From Patellaria atrata CBS 101060 (Eukaryota), in the NCBI GenBank assembly GCA_010093705.1, contig MU006100.1, positions 346,745 through 410,744 on the forward strand: DNA of 64,000 nt. Direction: 5' to 3'. Under the pieces are notes generated by a model. That model saw only the letters and a program-made list of their open reading frames with translations, made no database searches and was not told the origin of the DNA. The stretch's first letter is position 1. Each line of letters opens with the position of its first letter. The position numbers and the translations under genes are program-made. Below are positions 61,443 through 64,000 of this stretch, in pieces.

Positions 61443-63856
61443 ACGTAGTAAGAACCTTGTGCAGGTCGTGCATGGTTTCAGACCGTGCACAGTCGCCCCC
61501 CAAAAATCGCACCCCATAGAGTGATTTTGAAAATGATGCAACTTGCTCCATATTGGATATATCTATACTAAATTTTATGATGCTGTGAATAAGAAGCTGT
61601 ACTTTCCGTCTATCTACATATCAGGGCTCTGAAATCTCTGTGGCAGTCGTGGTTGCCGTCGGGGCCGACCAGTCGTGGGATTGACCGTTTCTACCTCTAC
61701 TACCTCAATAATATTATCTAAGAGTTCTATAGCTGGTGGTATAACAATCTGCATTTTCTGCTTCGGTTTTTGAGGGGGTCTAAGTGTTTTTTGAGCTTTT
61801 TGTTTAGCTTGTTTGGCTTCTACAGTAATTTGTTGCTGAGCGTTTTTTGCCTCAGCTACCCTCTCCCTCTCCTCCTTATCTTTTTGTCGTTGAAGCTTGC
61901 GCTCTTTAGCTTGTTCTTCTTTCTCCTCTCTACGTAGCTGTTGCTGAAACTTATTATTTACTTGACGAGCCTCTTCTGCAGCTTCATCCTCCTCCTTTTG
62001 CCGTAGGAAATCGCGCGCTTGGGTAATTTTTTGAGGGCTCCAAAACACCGCGCCACCATCCGCTATGCTAATTACTCGTTGTAAAAGAGGCTTCTGCCGT
62101 TTACGTCGCTTCTTCTAGCCCTCAAGAGCCTTAATTAAACCGAAGTTCTGTTGTTGGAGGATAGTATTAGAGGCAGAGAGGAATTGAAATTCGCCTTCAG
62201 TTCTTCGACGACAGGTTGCATTACATCAGAAACAACGGTCTCTAGTTTCTTCTCTATACGTTTCCAATCTTTCTCCGATAACACTGATTAAGCTGATTCA
62301 CTTGAGCTTGGTCTACCACCTATTTGACTAACTGGTTGCCTCTCCGGCTTTGCTAATCCTTGTAGCACTTCACTGTCAAGGCTCAACCTCAGATGAGAGC
62401 TGAAATGTATATTGCTGTATGTACATGAAGCTTAAACTTAAGGAAAGAAAGTAAAAGAGAGTATCAGAACAGCGTGAGCTGTTCTATTAAAGTACAACAT
62501 GACTAAGCTACTGGATCATGCATGCGGCTTAAACTTAAGGAAAGAATGTAAGAGAAAGTGCCAGAACAACGTAAGTTGTTCTATTTAAGTATAGCATAGC
62601 TAAGCCGCTGGATCATCCAAGACACTTATACCTATCGGGTCTAACCCGTGACATTCACTCGGATTATATGGAGAGATACCTGTTTTTTTAAAGCTCCCGA
62701 GGATGTTTTTTTCTGTAAAAGCCTTCTGGTAAGCGGGCCAAAATATCTCAAAAAAGTTCCGTTTTGCAATATTCGATATGCCCTGTGATCGGCTCAAAAA
62801 GTCGTCGAGATTTTGACTGTAATACGTGGCGAGAGGAGAGAATAAGGAGACGTCGAGGGGCTGCAATCTGTGCGTAGAGTGAGGAGGATAGTTGGCTAAT
62901 ATGATCTTATTGCTTATACAATACTCCAAAAATGGCATATTGATATGGGAGCCATGGCCATCGACGATAAGAAGTCTCCAAGCTCGACCAGCTTTGGTTT
63001 TAGTAGAACGGTCAAAAACGGTCTCCAACCACCTCAATCCGAGCTCGTCATTAGTCCATCCTGTCGGCGAAGCAGTAGAAAAACACTCCTGCTCTTCCGG
63101 TCGATAGCCCTCTAACCACGTATCGTGTATCGCTCCTGATACCGAGGGGTGGATGATCCCATGAGGGATAGTTGTTCCATCTGCACAGATTGTAGCTAAG
63201 ACCGTAATCCACTCCCGATTTCCGTCCTGTGCGATTCCCTTGACCCTCCCACTTTCAAAAGTAGCTTTGCTGTAAATCCTACGTGACTTTTTAAGCATAC
63301 CTATGAGGAAGCCCTTTTCATCCATATTGTACGTATTTTCTGGTAGGATACTAAACTTATCGAGCTTACGCCCAAGGAGCTCAAGATAGAGCTTGTAAAA
63401 CGGTCCCTGATCGACCTTATGACGGGCTAAATCAATAGGACTGAGATTGCCAGATTTGAGCTGATGTCCATAGCGCCCATACCACCTCGTAACCCAGCTA
63501 TTTCCAGGTCTTTTCCAACGATATGGCCGGCCAGATTTCGTACAGTTGCAGGCGTAGGAGGGAAAACATGATCAGTTAATCGATTGATATATTTAATAAG
63601 TGTTTTAGACTGCGCCTCGGTCATTAATTTAGAGTTTTCGATTGCTACCTCGCGGAAAACAGTGACATTACGAAAACGCCGCGACAACGTCGTGCGGTCG
63701 TAATTATACTCTTTTGCAGTTTGCGTTATATTAGGAGTATCTTGAAGCTTTAGACTCTCAAGCGCGGCCTCAATAGGAGTCATATTGGTGGTGGTGGAGT
63801 AAGAAGTAGTCATTATTCTGAAACCGTGTACGGCCTGAACAAGACCCTTAGTCAAT
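61443..63856 (-). mobile_element. Decayed pogo/Fot1 (Tc1-mariner superfamily) DNA transposon
   Basis: Imperfect ~40-bp TIRs at 61443-61482 and 63817-63856. Transposase from ~63783 to 61614 with HTH, MDEKGF, LLIVDGHGSH and PPHSTHRLQPLDV. Frameshifts and stops are present. Confidence 0.93.
62374..62653. mobile_element. Solo LTR (280 bp, family C) inserted in the transposase
   Basis: Termini TGTCA...TGACA with perfect TSD TTCAC at 62369-62373 and 62654-62658. Removing it restores the reading YNPSEVLQG. Confidence 0.92.
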
Positions 63857-64000
63857 AAAAGTCTTAGTGCGATTTAGGTAAGGAATAGTCGCTCTTCCGG
63901 TATTCCCTCTTCGATCGGGATTTGAGAATTCACTTTTTCCATAACAACTGTCACCCGCCTACGAGGTTTCGCTCCATTCGTGGGGTGGCACCCTAGCCAA

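Noticed and set aside
62388..62406. CAGATGAG-AGCT-GAAA in solo LTR C, suggesting a hammerhead ribozyme (retrozyme)
   Set aside because: The core is CAGA rather than CTGA, there is no stem II, and the motif is not conserved in the 43669 copy.

Overview
Filamentous ascomycete (Pezizomycotina-type) nuclear DNA with short GT-AG introns. The left part holds core genes: EF2, an RBM26/27-like RNA-binding protein and ERG5, plus a small secreted crystallin-like protein. A ~16 kb gene-poor interval follows. The only gene I can support there is a 54-aa Cys/His zinc-finger microprotein that the ORF track misses. Next come PRS1, a GNAT, a LaeA-like methyltransferase, a P450, a Myb-like protein and a 66-aa small protein. 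A decayed Ty1/copia element (39.3-45.1 kb) carries three nested solo-LTR insertions and an inverted duplication flanking a 615-N gap. After it lie an M28 peptidase, an M20 amidohydrolase pseudogene, BOS1, a TPP-dependent enzyme with a split start codon, tRNA-Ser(GCT) and a stop-interrupted F-box-like pseudogene. The right end has two paralogous small single-pass membrane protein genes, a MITE, and a decayed pogo/Fot1 transposon interrupted by a fourth solo LTR. All exon boundaries and family assignments were made by eye, with no database searches.
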